Assembly (NCBI GenBank): GCA_003021005.1
Contig: PXRI01000027.1
Span: 1,480-65,479, forward strand
Origin: Halobacteriales archaeon QS_1_69_70
GTDB lineage: Archaea; Halobacteriota; Halobacteria; Halobacteriales; Haloarculaceae
Reading direction: 5' to 3'
DNA length: 64,000 nucleotides
Within the stretch, counting starts at the first letter, position 1. Every line of letters starts with the position of its first letter. A model generated the notes under the pieces. That model saw nothing but the letters and a program-made list of their open reading frames with translations. It was not told the DNA's origin and searched no databases. Positions 40,378 through 50,535 of the stretch are shown in pieces. The position numbers and the translations under genes are program-made.

Positions 40378-40773
40378 TCAGACGCTATCGGGCGTCTCCG
40401 CTTCGCCGTCCTCGACGGAACGCTTCAGCGACTCCCGGCGGGACTTGGCGTCCCGGCCGGTGCACTCCAGGAGGAAGTCGTTCTTCGCGTCGTTGGCGTC
40501 GCCGGCGGCGTCGACGTCACCGGTCTCCATCAGCTGCTCCAGGTCGCGCTCGTGGAACTCCACGGCGAGTTTGTCCTTCTTCTCCGAGTAGGCGACGGCG
40601 CCGGCGACGACCCGATCGAAGACGGGGTTGTCGGGCTCGGCGACTACGTGGAGGTCGCTGCCCTTGAACTCCTCGGTGTCGGAGATGGGCCCGAAGTAGT
40701 CCTCGACCGTCGCCTCGAGGTCGGGCACGCGGTCCTCGAGGTACTCGCCCCGGCGCATCTTGTACTCTTCCAT
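40378..40773 (-). CDS. conserved archaeal protein (DUF5611-like)
   Basis: MEEYKMRRG N-terminus and NDFLLECTGRDAKSRR C-terminus. Confidence 0.8.
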   Translation of the reverse strand: MEEYKMRRGEYLEDRVPDLEATVEDYFGPISDTEEFKGSDLHVVAEPDNPVFDRVVAGAVAYSEKKDKLAVEFHERDLEQLMETGDVDAAGDANDAKNDFLLECTGRDAKSRRESLKRSVEDGEAETPDSV

Positions 40774-40798
40774 GGGCAGGGTATCGGCAGCCGATGGT

Positions 40799-41473
40799 TT
40801 ACGGATTTCGCTCGCTCGTCAGCCACGCGCCGCAGTCCGGACAGGGGTCGCCCTCCCGGTAGGCAGAGTCGGCGTCGACGCTGAACGCGCAGTCGGTGCA
40901 CACGATGGTGCCCTCCGGGACGGTGAGCCCGGACAGCGTCTCCTCGTCCGGCCGGACCGGCCCCTCCTCGGCCTCGTCGCCGGCGCCCGCCGTTTCCATG
41001 TCGGCCGCGGCAGCCGTCTCGTCGGTCCCGGCCGAAGCCGCTGCATCGGCCGCTGCTCCCTCGCCCGCTCCCGGGGAGTCTGTCGAATCCAGGGAATCGT
41101 CGGGCTCCCACGACTCGTCGGGCTCCTCCGGCCAGGCGCCGGGCTCGCGGCCCGGCTCCTCGTCGGTGAGGATCTCGGTGTCCTCCTCTGCGGGGTCGCG
41201 GTCGGCGAGCCCGTCGCCGGTCCCGGCCCCGACCGGGTCGTCGACGGCGGGGTGGTCGGCGCCGACGCGACCGCTGTCACTGAACTCGACGTCGTCCTCG
41301 TCGACGACCGCGGCGACCTCGGTGCTCTCGGAGACGACCCGCTCCTCGTCGCACCGGACACAGCGCTCTATCTCCCGCGTGACGGTCACCACCTCCGATC
41401 CCTCCTCCTTGCGCTCCCGCTCGAAGTCGGCGGGCTCGTACGAGTGGCCCAGTAGCGAACACTTCAGTCCCAT
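40799..41473 (-). CDS. haloarchaeal acidic protein with zinc ribbons
   Basis: CSLLGH, CVRC, CTDC and CPDC motifs around an acidic disordered middle. Confidence 0.8.
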   Translation of the reverse strand: MGLKCSLLGHSYEPADFERERKEEGSEVVTVTREIERCVRCDEERVVSESTEVAAVVDEDDVEFSDSGRVGADHPAVDDPVGAGTGDGLADRDPAEEDTEILTDEEPGREPGAWPEEPDESWEPDDSLDSTDSPGAGEGAAADAAASAGTDETAAAADMETAGAGDEAEEGPVRPDEETLSGLTVPEGTIVCTDCAFSVDADSAYREGDPCPDCGAWLTSERNP

Positions 41474-41571
41474 CGTCCACCTCTGGCCGTCTCGGGGGCA
41501 TAAAACTTGAGTCGCGCGACATGGCGTGCCCGGCCCGGTCGGCCTCGCCGCCCGATCAGGGCCCGTGCCCG

Positions 41572-41998
41572 GTTACTGTTCAGATTAGGATACCGGTCGT
41601 CAGACAGGTCGACTCACCGGGCTCGGGGCCTCAGTCGGCCTCTCGGAGAATCGTATCGGGCGGGACTCCGCAAGGGGTCGGCGGCTCGGGGAAGGACGGC
41701 GACGGTGAGCCGAGCGACGCGAGGCGAACGTCGCTGGACGAGCGGCGCGAGTCCAGCGGAACAAGCACTGGAGCGAACGACGTGAGCGAAGCGCGCAGCG
41801 AGCGGGCGGCCCGACCGCAGGGAGGGCCGCCGGACGGGCAAACGGCGAGCGCGAGGCGCGACTGCAGGGAGCGCCTCGATGGGGCGAGCGGGGAGCGACA
41901 GTGACCCGCGAGCGACGCGAGCCGTGAGCGGCCCGACCCGAGCCGCCGGGGGCTTGCGTCCACCCAAGTATTACTCCACGTGCTAACTGAACAGTAGC
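41572..41998 (+). mobile_element. MITE copy 1 (427 bp)
   Basis: Ends GTTACTGTTCAGATTAG / CTAACTGAACAGTAGC; flanking direct repeat CGTGCCCG; homologous to the copies at 45208 and 63152. Confidence 0.85.
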
Positions 41999-42045
41999 CG
42001 TGCCCGGGCCGAAACGCTTAGGACCTCGGACTCGAATCCCGGTGT

Positions 42046-42210
42046 ATGAGCAGCGGTGAGAACACGGGCGGGTTGATGTCCAGCGCCGGACTGGTCCGGT
42101 ACTTCGACGAGGAGAGCCGCAACGCTCCCACCATGGACCCCCGGACTGTCGTCGCCTTCGGCGTCCTCCTGGGCGTGTTCGTCCTCCTCTTGAACGCCAT
42201 GGCGGTCTAA
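42046..42210 (+). CDS. secG: preprotein translocase subunit Sec61beta
   Basis: [16 protein letters not shown] followed by DPRTV and one TM helix; 54 aa. Confidence 0.92.
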   Translation: MSSGENTGGLMSSAGLVRYFDEESRNAPTMDPRTVVAFGVLLGVFVLLLNAMAV

Positions 42211-42363
42211 CCGTCGCCCGCCACCGGGTTCAGGACCCCAACAGCGGCCGCGCACTCCCCCATGGCGGGGTCACACTGGCCGCCCTGTCTCTACCGGCCG
42301 CCGGGGGACCACTTCCGTCCCGCCCGGCGAACCCTTTTGTCCGCCCGCGCCCCTCGTTCGGCC

Positions 42364-44441
42364 GTGTCAGGGTCCACGGGCGCCCGACGCTTCTTCCCCT
42401 ACGCGGAGCCGTACGACCACCAGGCCGACGCGATGGCGGAGATTCGGGAGGCACTGGTCGACGAGCGGGACGTCCTCTTCGAGGGCGCCTGCGGGACGGG
42501 CAAGACCCTCGCCGCGCTCGTGCCCGCCCTCGAGTACGCCCGGGCGGCGGGCAAGACCGTCGTCATCACCACGAACGTCCACCAGCAGACCCGGCAGTTC
42601 ATCGAGGAGGCCCGCGCGATCAACGACCGCGAGCCGATCCGCGCGGTCGTGTTCCGCGGGAAGGACTCGATGTGCCACATCGACGTGGGCTACGAGGAGT
42701 GCCAGGCGCTCCGCGACACGACCCACGACCTCGTCGACATGGAGGCCGACGCCGCAGACCTACAGCGGCGCGAACAGGAACTGCTGGACGCCAGCCGGCA
42801 CGGCGACGAGGAGGCGGCCGCGGCCCGCGGCGCCGTCGCCGAGGAACTGGAGGACGTCCAGGCGGCCATCGAGGCGCTCCGCGAGGAGCGGAACGTCTGC
42901 GACCGGTACTACCACAACCTGACACGGGACACCGACGGGTTCTACGAGTGGCTCTACGCGGACGTCCGGACGCCCGACGAGATATACCGGCACGCCCACG
43001 AACTGGACCTCTGCGGCTACGAACTGCTGAAGGACGGCATGGAGGGCATCGACCTCGCCGTCTGCAACTACCACCACCTCCTGGACCCGATGATCCGCGA
43101 GCAGTTCCTCCGGTGGCTCGGCCGCGACCCGGAGGAGGTCATCGCGGTGGTCGACGATGCGAGGACGCCCGCGCGGAGGCCGCGTCGAACGTCCTGGGTG
43201 CATTCCGCGAGGCGCTGGTCGAGACCTACGAGGCCTCCTTCGGATACGGCGACCGCGAGACCGTCGGCGACGACTGGGCGGACGTCACCGTCGAGACAGA
43301 CGACGGCCGGGACGACCTCACTGTCGCGTTCCTCGGGGCGTACACCGGCGGCGGCTACGAGTCGGACCTCGAGGCGGCGCTCTCGCTCGGCCAGGAACTG
43401 GACCGACGGTACGAGCAGGCCTACAAGGACGTCGAGACGACGACACGGAAGGAGTGCCCGACATTGACCGCGGCGGGCTTCATCGAGGAGTGGATGGACG
43501 CGACCGTCGAACCGGGCCAGTACCCCGTCGTCGGCGTCCGGCGGTCCGAGACCGGCGTCGTCGGGCGCGCGGAGCTGTACACCTGTCTCCCGCGGCAGGT
43601 GACCGAGCCGCTGTTCGCTGACCTCCACGCCGCCGTGCTGATGAGCGCGACGCTGCGGCCGTTCGACGTCACCGAGGACGTCCTCGGCCTCGAGGCGCCG
43701 GAGACGATGGCCTACGGTGAGCAGTTCCCCGAAGAGCGCCGCCGGACCTACGCCGTCGAGACGCCGGCGCTTTTTGCCAGCCAGCGCGACGACCCGGGCG
43801 TCCAGGAGACGGTCGGCGACACCGTCGAGGACGCCGTCCGGTTCACGCCCGGGAACACGCTGGCGTACTTCCCGAGCTACGCCGAGGCGGAGCGGTACTA
43901 CCACGCCTTTGCCGGCGACGCCACGCCGTACCTCGACGAGCCCGCGACCCGCGCCGACGACCTCCGGGAGACGTTCGTCGCCGACGACGACGCCGTCCTG
44001 TTCACCTCGCTGTGGGGAACCCTCGCCGAGGGGGTCAGCTTCGACGACGACGCCGCCCGGACGGTGGTCGTCGTCGGGGTGCCGTATCCCCACCTGGACG
44101 ACCGGATGGCGGCCGTCCAGCGCGCCTACGCGGGCGCCTTCGGCGACGGCGACGACGAGGCCGGCTGGCACTACGCCGTCGAGATCCCGACCGTCCGGAA
44201 GACCCGGCAGGCGCTCGGCCGCGTCGTCCGGTCACCCGACGACTACGGCGTCCGCGTGCTGCTCGACGAGCGGTACACCCAGTCGAACCGCATCGAGCTG
44301 GGCGAGTACAGCGTCTACCCCTCCTTCCCCCCGGAGGAGCGCAGCGAGCACATCGACGTCGCCCCCGAGAAGCTGAAGGTCGCGATGTTGAACTTCTACA
44401 GCGACCTCGACGCCTGGGACGGCGACCCGCCGGCGCCGTGA
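42364..44441 (+). pseudogene. Rad3/XPD/DinG-family helicase, frameshifted with internal deletion
   Basis: GACGTGKT and Fe-S cysteines in one frame; MSATL, FPSY, EGVSF and QALGRVVRS in another. Junction at about 43156, where DEAH should be. Confidence 0.85.
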
Positions 44442-44492
44442 GGAGGGACACTCCCCCGGCGGATGGCCGCACATCGCGTTCTCGCCACGGCG

Positions 44493-44972
44493 TCAGGGCA
44501 GTGCGATCGACTCGACCGGCTCGCCGTAGTCGCCGGCCCACACCTGGAGCCGGTCGACCGTCCAGGCGGCGTCGGCCTCGCGGCCGGCGAGGCGGTCGGC
44601 GTCGCCGCCGCGGGCGACGGTGACGTGCGGGACGTAGTCGTCGCCCTCGATGCCCTCGACGGGCTCGACCCGCTCGCAGAGCCGGCGGTGGAGCCGTCGG
44701 AGTCCAGGGGACTCGACGCCGAGGTACGCGACCGGTGCGGCCCCGCTCGGGGGGTCCCGGAACGTCCCGACGCCGGTCACGCGGGCCGGGAACGGCTCCG
44801 TCCCGGCGACGACCGCGCGGGCGGCGTCGGCGAGTCCGCCCGGGTCGTCCTCGCCTAACCGCTTTACGACCAGCGTGTGTCGCTGCCGGACCGACGCGTC
44901 CAGGAGGTCGGCCGCGAGCCCGCTGGCGAGGCGGGCGACCGAGGCCGGAACCGGGGCGTTCAGGCTGTACAC
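44493..44972 (-). CDS. 2H phosphoesterase (2'-5' RNA ligase family)
   Basis: HTL and PHVT 2H motifs. Confidence 0.85.
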   Translation of the reverse strand: MYSLNAPVPASVARLASGLAADLLDASVRQRHTLVVKRLGEDDPGGLADAARAVVAGTEPFPARVTGVGTFRDPPSGAAPVAYLGVESPGLRRLHRRLCERVEPVEGIEGDDYVPHVTVARGGDADRLAGREADAAWTVDRLQVWAGDYGEPVESIALP

Positions 44973-45158
44973 CTACAGATAGTCCAGGAAGTACAGGAGG
45001 ATGAGGAGGACGATGAGCAGGCCGAAGATTCCGGTGAACGGGGCGAGGAAGAACGTGACGACCTGCCTCACGAGTCCGACGACGATCCAGATGATGACGA
45101 GCACCAGGATGATCTTCAGCAGGTCCTCGACGTCCAGCTCGCCTCTGTCGGGCAACAT
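44973..45158 (-). CDS. small two-TM membrane protein
   Basis: RGELDVEDLLKIILVL... resembles a conserved haloarchaeal small protein; abuts the 2H gene. Confidence 0.75.
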   Translation of the reverse strand: MLPDRGELDVEDLLKIILVLVIIWIVVGLVRQVVTFFLAPFTGIFGLLIVLLILLYFLDYL

Positions 45159-45207
45159 GACCGGGGGTGGGATGCGGAAGCGCAAAAAACGCTGGGGCCG
45201 AGTCGGC

Positions 45208-45451
45208 GGCACTGTTCAGATTAGAATGCCGTCCGTGAGACACATCGACTCACCGGGTTCAGGGCCTCAGTCGACCTCTCGCAGAACCGTATCGGGCGGG
45301 ACTCCGCAAGGGGCCGGCGTCTCGGGGAAGGACGGCGACGTAAGCACTGGAGCGAACGGAGTGAGCGAAGCGCGCAGCGAGCCGCCCGACCCGAGAAGCC
45401 GGGGGCTTGCGTCCACCGGAGAATTACTCCACGTGTTAACTGAACACTGCC
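45208..45451 (+). mobile_element. MITE copy 2 (244 bp)
   Basis: Ends GGCACTGTTCAGATTAG / TTAACTGAACACTGCC; flanking direct repeat GAGTCGGC. Confidence 0.85.
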
Positions 45452-45503
45452 GAGTCGGCGGGGAGCGAAACCGCTTTGCGCCCGCGCCACGCAGCGGGAG
45501 CCG

Positions 45504-46238
45504 ATGCGACGGACGCTCGCGGCCCTGGTCGCCCTGATCCTCCTGTCCGGGCCGGCGGTCGGCGTCGCGAGCGCCGCCCACGAGGAACCGGACCGGACGG
45601 TCGTCGGCTTCGAACTCGACCCCCGGGGCTCGGCGACCGTCTACCACACGACCGCCTTCGACCTCTCGGACGACGACGAGCGGGCGACCTACCGGCGCTA
45701 CGCCGACAACGAGAGCCGCCGGGCCGCCTTCCGGGACGAGGTGGTCGCCGAACTCCGGGCCGCCGCGGAGAACGGCTCCGCAGCGACCGGCTACAATATG
45801 TCGATCCGGAACGCGACCGTCCGGACGGAAGAGGCCGAGGGCTACGGCCGAATCGTGGTGCGGGCGCGGTGGCACGCGCTGGCGTACTACGACGAGCGGC
45901 GGGTGATCGTCTTCGAGCCGTTCCGCGCGGGCTACCGGCCGGACCGCGACGTCGCGATCCACGGCCCGGAGGGGTACCGCCGCAACCGGACCGCGCCACA
46001 GCCCGTCCGGGCCCGCCGGAACAGCGTCCTGATCAGCACGCGGACCTCGGACCTCTCGAACTTCTTCGCCGAGTTCGTCGACCCGGACGCGGCGACGCCG
46101 ACGGCCACGGCGACGGCCACGGCGACGGAGACCCCACCGGACGACGGGGGCGCCGGCGACGCCGGCGTGGCGCTCCGGGCGCTCGTGATCGCGCTGCTGC
46201 CGGCCGCGCTGTTCGTGGCGGCGATGGGACGGGACTGA
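45504..46238 (+). CDS. secreted protein with Thr/Ala linker and C-terminal TM anchor
   Basis: Signal peptide, TATATATET linker and terminal hydrophobic helix. Confidence 0.75.
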   Translation: MRRTLAALVALILLSGPAVGVASAAHEEPDRTVVGFELDPRGSATVYHTTAFDLSDDDERATYRRYADNESRRAAFRDEVVAELRAAAENGSAATGYNMSIRNATVRTEEAEGYGRIVVRARWHALAYYDERRVIVFEPFRAGYRPDRDVAIHGPEGYRRNRTAPQPVRARRNSVLISTRTSDLSNFFAEFVDPDAATPTATATATATETPPDDGGAGDAGVALRALVIALLPAALFVAAMGRD

Positions 46239-46458
46239 CGGTGCCGACCCGGAAGGGTTTAATACCGCCGTCGAAGTAGAGAGATGCATGACGGAAGCCC
46301 GCCGGTCCGGAACGTGTGGTTCCACCGGCGGGTCCGCCCTTCTCCCGCGACCGCGACGACCGGGCCGCTAGGCCCGCACAGACCCACCCACACCGTCGCG
46401 TTCGCCCAGTTTCCAACGACGACCGTCCGGCCGACGGTCCCGATACACCAACCGATCG

Positions 46459-47658
46459 ATGACAGACACCGACCGCATCGCGCTCGCCTTCTCCGGGGGG
46501 CTCGACACGACCGTCTGCGTTCCGATGCTCGAAGAGGAGTACGGCTACGACGAGGTGGTCGGCGTCACCGTCGACGTCGGCCAGCCGGCGGCGGAGTTCG
46601 CCGAGGCCGAGGCGACGGCGGCGGCGCTGGACCTCGAACATCACGTCGTCGACGCCAGAGCCGAGTTCGCCGAACTCTGCTTCGACGCCGTCCGCGCGAA
46701 CGCCGCCTACCAGGGCTATCCCCTCGGGACGGCGCTCGCCCGGCCCGTCATCGCCTCGGCCATCCTCGAGGTCGCCGAGCGCGAGGACTGTACCGGCCTG
46801 GCGCACGGCTGCACCGGCAAGGGCAACGACCAGCTCCGGTTCGAGGCCGTCTGGCGCGACGCCGATATGGCGGTCATCGCGCCCATCCGCGAGCTCGGCC
46901 TCACCCGGACGTACGAACAGGAGTACGCCGCCGAGCGGGACCTCCCCGTCTCTGGCGGGAAGGAGGGCACCTACAGCATCGACACGAACCTCTGGAGCCG
47001 CTCCATCGAGGGCTCCGAACTCGAGGACCCGAGCCACGTGCCCGGCGAGGACATCTACGAGTGGACTACCGCGCCCGGCGAGGCGACCCGGGAACTCTCG
47101 GTCGGCTTCGAGAACGGCTACCCCGTCAGTCTCGACGGGCAGGAGATGGAGCCGGTCGCCCTCGTCGAGGAACTCAACGACGTGGCCGGCGCCTACGGCG
47201 TCGGCCGCTCGGACATCATGGAGGACCGCATGCTCGGGCTGAAGGTCCGGGAGAACTACGAGCACCCGGCGGCGACGGTGCTGTTGAACGCCCACCGGGC
47301 GCTGGAGGACCTCGTGCTCACGAGAGAGGAGCGCGCGTTCAAGCGGCGCGTCGACCACGAGTGGGCCGAGAAGGGCTACCAGGGTCTCGTGGCCGCGCCG
47401 CTGGTTCGGGCGCTGGAGGCGTTCATCGAGACGACCCAGACCCGCGTCACCGGCACCGTCACGATCCGGCTCGAGGGCGGGCAGGCCCGGCCGGTCGGCC
47501 GGGACTCGCCGTACGCCGTCTACGAGGCCGAGGCCTCGTCCTTCGACACGGAGGCCGTGACCGGCGACGTCGAGCAGGCCGACGCCACCGGCGTCGCGAA
47601 GTACCACGGCTTCCAAGAACGGCTCGCCGACCGCATCGTCGACGAGGAGACACCATGA
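46459..47658 (+). CDS. argG: argininosuccinate synthase
   Basis: AFSGGLDT, HGCTGKGNDQLRF, SIDTNLW and KVRENYE motifs. Confidence 0.96.
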   Translation: MTDTDRIALAFSGGLDTTVCVPMLEEEYGYDEVVGVTVDVGQPAAEFAEAEATAAALDLEHHVVDARAEFAELCFDAVRANAAYQGYPLGTALARPVIASAILEVAEREDCTGLAHGCTGKGNDQLRFEAVWRDADMAVIAPIRELGLTRTYEQEYAAERDLPVSGGKEGTYSIDTNLWSRSIEGSELEDPSHVPGEDIYEWTTAPGEATRELSVGFENGYPVSLDGQEMEPVALVEELNDVAGAYGVGRSDIMEDRMLGLKVRENYEHPAATVLLNAHRALEDLVLTREERAFKRRVDHEWAEKGYQGLVAAPLVRALEAFIETTQTRVTGTVTIRLEGGQARPVGRDSPYAVYEAEASSFDTEAVTGDVEQADATGVAKYHGFQERLADRIVDEETP

Positions 47659-49109
47659 CCGAAACGGGGCAAGGTAACGATGTCGTCCGCCGCGAGCGCT
47701 TCAGCGGCGGTCCCGCCCGCGGGTTCCTCTCGAGTCTCGCGGCCGACGAGCGGCTCTTCGCCGCCGACCTCGCGGTCGACCGCGCCCACGTCGTGATGCT
47801 CGCCGAGCAGGGCATCGTCGACGACGCCGACGCGGCCGCCATCCTCGAGGCCCTCGCCGACGTCGAGGCGGCCGGCCACGGCGCACTCCCGGACGGCGAG
47901 GACGTCCACGCCGCCATCGAGACGGCCGTCGTCGACCGCGTCGGTGCGGCGGGCGGCCGGATGCACACCGCCCGCTCGCGGAACGACGAGGTCGCCGCCT
48001 GCCTCCGGTACCGGCTCCGCGAAGACGTCCTCGACCTCGTCGAGGCGACCGTCGCCGCCCGCGAGGTCCTCGTCGACGCCGCGGTCGACCACACTGAGAC
48101 GGTGATGCCCGGCTTGACGCACCTCCAGCCCGCCCAGCCAACGACGCTCGCCCACTACCTGTCGTCCTACGGGTCCGCGCTGGCCCGCGACACCGAGCGC
48201 CTCCTGGACGCCTACGGGCGCCTGAACCGGTCGCCGCTCGGCGCGGCGGCCTTCGCGGGGACGCCGTTCGACGTCGACCGCGAGCGCACCGCGGCCCTGC
48301 TGGGGTTCGACGGCCTCGTGGCGAACGCGATGGACGCCGCCTCCACGCGGGACTTCCTCGTGGAGACGACCGCCGCCGCCGCGGCGCTTTCGACAACGCT
48401 GTCCGGGCTGGCCGCGGACCTGGTCGTCTACGCCCACCGGGGCTTCGTCGAGCTGGACGACGACTACGCCTCCACCTCGTCGGTCATGCCCCAGAAGAAG
48501 AATCCGGACGCGATGGAGCTGGTTCGCGGGACGGCCGGCGACGCCGCAGCGGGGCTTAACGGGCTCCTGTCGACGCTGAAGGGGCTGCCCCGGGCGTACA
48601 ACCGCGACCTGCAGCGCGCCCACCCGCACGCCTTCGACGCCGTCGACGCGGTCGCCGCGGCGACGGAGGTCGCCGCCGGCGCCATGGCCACCGCCGACTG
48701 GAAGGAAGAGCGGCTCGCGATGGCCGCCGAGGAGGGGTTCGCGACGGCGACCGGGGTCGCGGACCGCCTCGCGATGGCGGGGGTGCCGTTCCGGACCGCC
48801 CACCAGGTGGTTGCCCGGGCCGCGGAGCAGGGGGCGGACTACGCGGCCGTGGAGGCGGCGGCCGACGATGTCCTCGACGCTTCGCTGTCGACGTACGTGG
48901 ACCGGGCGGCCGTCGAGGCGGCACTCAACCCCGAGGAGAGCGTCGCGGCGCGCGATTCGGTCGGCGGCCCGGCGCCCGCGGCCCTCGCGGCGGCGCTGGA
49001 CGGCGTCGAGGACGGCATCGACGCCGACGCGGACGCGCTGGCGGGACGGCGGGACGCGCTGGCGGCGGCCGCGGACGACCTGGACCGGGAGGTGGCCTCG
49101 TATGTGTGA
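47655..49109 (+). CDS. argH: argininosuccinate lyase
   Basis: HTARSRND, THLQPAQP, SSVMPQKKNPD and YNRDLQ motifs; ATGA overlap with argG. Confidence 0.95.
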   Translation: MTETGQGNDVVRRERFSGGPARGFLSSLAADERLFAADLAVDRAHVVMLAEQGIVDDADAAAILEALADVEAAGHGALPDGEDVHAAIETAVVDRVGAAGGRMHTARSRNDEVAACLRYRLREDVLDLVEATVAAREVLVDAAVDHTETVMPGLTHLQPAQPTTLAHYLSSYGSALARDTERLLDAYGRLNRSPLGAAAFAGTPFDVDRERTAALLGFDGLVANAMDAASTRDFLVETTAAAAALSTTLSGLAADLVVYAHRGFVELDDDYASTSSVMPQKKNPDAMELVRGTAGDAAAGLNGLLSTLKGLPRAYNRDLQRAHPHAFDAVDAVAAATEVAAGAMATADWKEERLAMAAEEGFATATGVADRLAMAGVPFRTAHQVVARAAEQGADYAAVEAAADDVLDASLSTYVDRAAVEAALNPEESVAARDSVGGPAPAALAAALDGVEDGIDADADALAGRRDALAAAADDLDREVASYV

Positions 49110-49364
49110 CTCAGGGCCCGTGACGGGGCTCGCTGGTGGGCCACCAGGGGCGCGGGCTGGACGGCTGGGGCCCGGACCTGCGGTGACCCCGTCGGGCCCG
49201 GGACCGCCGTCCCCGCCAGGGGACGTACTACCAGTAAACTGATACCAAATTCAGTGTGGTCGGTTGAAAAGCACTCTCGTGCCGATAGATCGGGGTATGT
49301 ATCGTGATGAAATCCTGATAAGTTCGAAGGGCTTAAGTGCGTCCCGGGGCGAATACGGGGTACC

Positions 49365-49529
49365 ATGACGGACTGTCCGGAGTGCGGGGCCGACCTGGAC
49401 CTGCACGACGACCTGGAGGTCGGAGAGATCGTCGACTGTGCGACCTGCGGTGCCGAACTCGAGGTCGTGGGCGTCGATCCCCTCGCCATCGAGCCGGCGC
49501 CCGAACTCGAGGAGGACTGGGGTGAGTAG
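49365..49529 (+). CDS. lysW: amino-group carrier protein LysW/ArgW
   Basis: CPECG...CATCG zinc finger and C-terminal EEDWGE; 54 aa. Confidence 0.96.
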   Translation: MTDCPECGADLDLHDDLEVGEIVDCATCGAELEVVGVDPLAIEPAPELEEDWGE

Positions 49530-49583
49530 GGCGATGGACGTCGGCGCGGGCCGCCGGGGGGCGGCCACGGGCGAGGGACGGAC

Positions 49584-50459
49584 ATGGACGTAGGAATCTG
49601 CTACTCCCGCATCCGCCGCGACGAGAAGCTGCTGTTGTCCGAGCTGCGGGACCGCGGCCACGACGTCACCAAGATCGACGTCCGCACCCAGCGGTTCGGC
49701 GTCCACGACCCGCCGGCCGCGTTCGCGGACGTAGACGTCGTCGTCGACCGGTGTCTCGCGACCAGCCGGTCGCGGTACCTGACCCGGTTCGTCGACGCCT
49801 ACGACGTTCCCGTGGTCAACGACCCGGAGACGGCGGCCGTCTGTGCGGACAAGGCGCACAACAGCCTCGTGCTCGCCGAGGCGGGCGTCCCGACGCCCGC
49901 CACCGAGGTCGCGTTCACCAAGGAGTCGGCGCTTTCGACCATCGAGTCGTTCGGCTACCCCTGCGTGCTCAAGCCGGTCGTCGGCTCGTGGGGGCGGCTG
50001 ATGGCGAAGATCGACTCCCGCTCGGCGGCGGAGGCCATCCTCGAGCACAAGGAGACGCTCGGCCACTACGAGCACAAGCTGTTCTACGTCCAGGAGTTCG
50101 TCGAGAAGCCGGGCCGGGACATCCGCGTCGTGACCACCGACGGCGACCCCATCGCGGGGATGGCCCGCTCCTCGGAGCACTGGCTGACGAACGCCGCCCA
50201 GGGCGCCGAGACCGAGGCGATCGAGATCGCCCCCGACGTGGCCGACCTCGTCGAGCGCGCCTCCGAGGCCGTCGGCGGCGGGCTGCTCGGCGTCGACCTG
50301 ATGGAGGTCGGCGGCGCCGGATCCGGGGAGTACACCGTCCATGAGGTCAACCACACCGTCGAGTTCAAGGCGCTCGACGAGGTGACCGACGTGGACGTCC
50401 CCGCCGCCGTCGTCGACTGGCTCGAGGCGACGGTGCGGGGCGTCGAGGTGACCCCATGA
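49584..50459 (+). CDS. argX: LysX/ArgX ATP-grasp ligase
   Basis: KPVVGSWGR, QEFV, RDIR, NAAQG and EVNHTVEF motifs. Confidence 0.93.
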   Translation: MDVGICYSRIRRDEKLLLSELRDRGHDVTKIDVRTQRFGVHDPPAAFADVDVVVDRCLATSRSRYLTRFVDAYDVPVVNDPETAAVCADKAHNSLVLAEAGVPTPATEVAFTKESALSTIESFGYPCVLKPVVGSWGRLMAKIDSRSAAEAILEHKETLGHYEHKLFYVQEFVEKPGRDIRVVTTDGDPIAGMARSSEHWLTNAAQGAETEAIEIAPDVADLVERASEAVGGGLLGVDLMEVGGAGSGEYTVHEVNHTVEFKALDEVTDVDVPAAVVDWLEATVRGVEVTP

Positions 50460-50535
50460 CCGCCCGGGTGGGCCCGGGAACCGAGGTGACTTCATGACCG
50501 CCCGGCTGGGCAGGGGAGCCGAGGTGGGCGCATGA
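50444..50535 (+). repeat. 38-bp tandem junction repeats forming two 13-codon mini-ORFs
   Basis: GAGGTG...CATGAC occurs three times with a 38-bp period; ORFs 50456-50497 and 50494-50535. Confidence 0.75.

Noticed and set aside
43140-43170. Programmed frameshifting or introns as the explanation for the split genes
   Set aside because: Sequence is missing rather than inserted, and no slippery site or bulge-helix-bulge is evident.
46284-47654. 941-aa ORF suggesting an N-terminally extended ArgH
   Set aside because: The extension is an alternative frame of argG; argH starts at the ATGA overlap at 47655.
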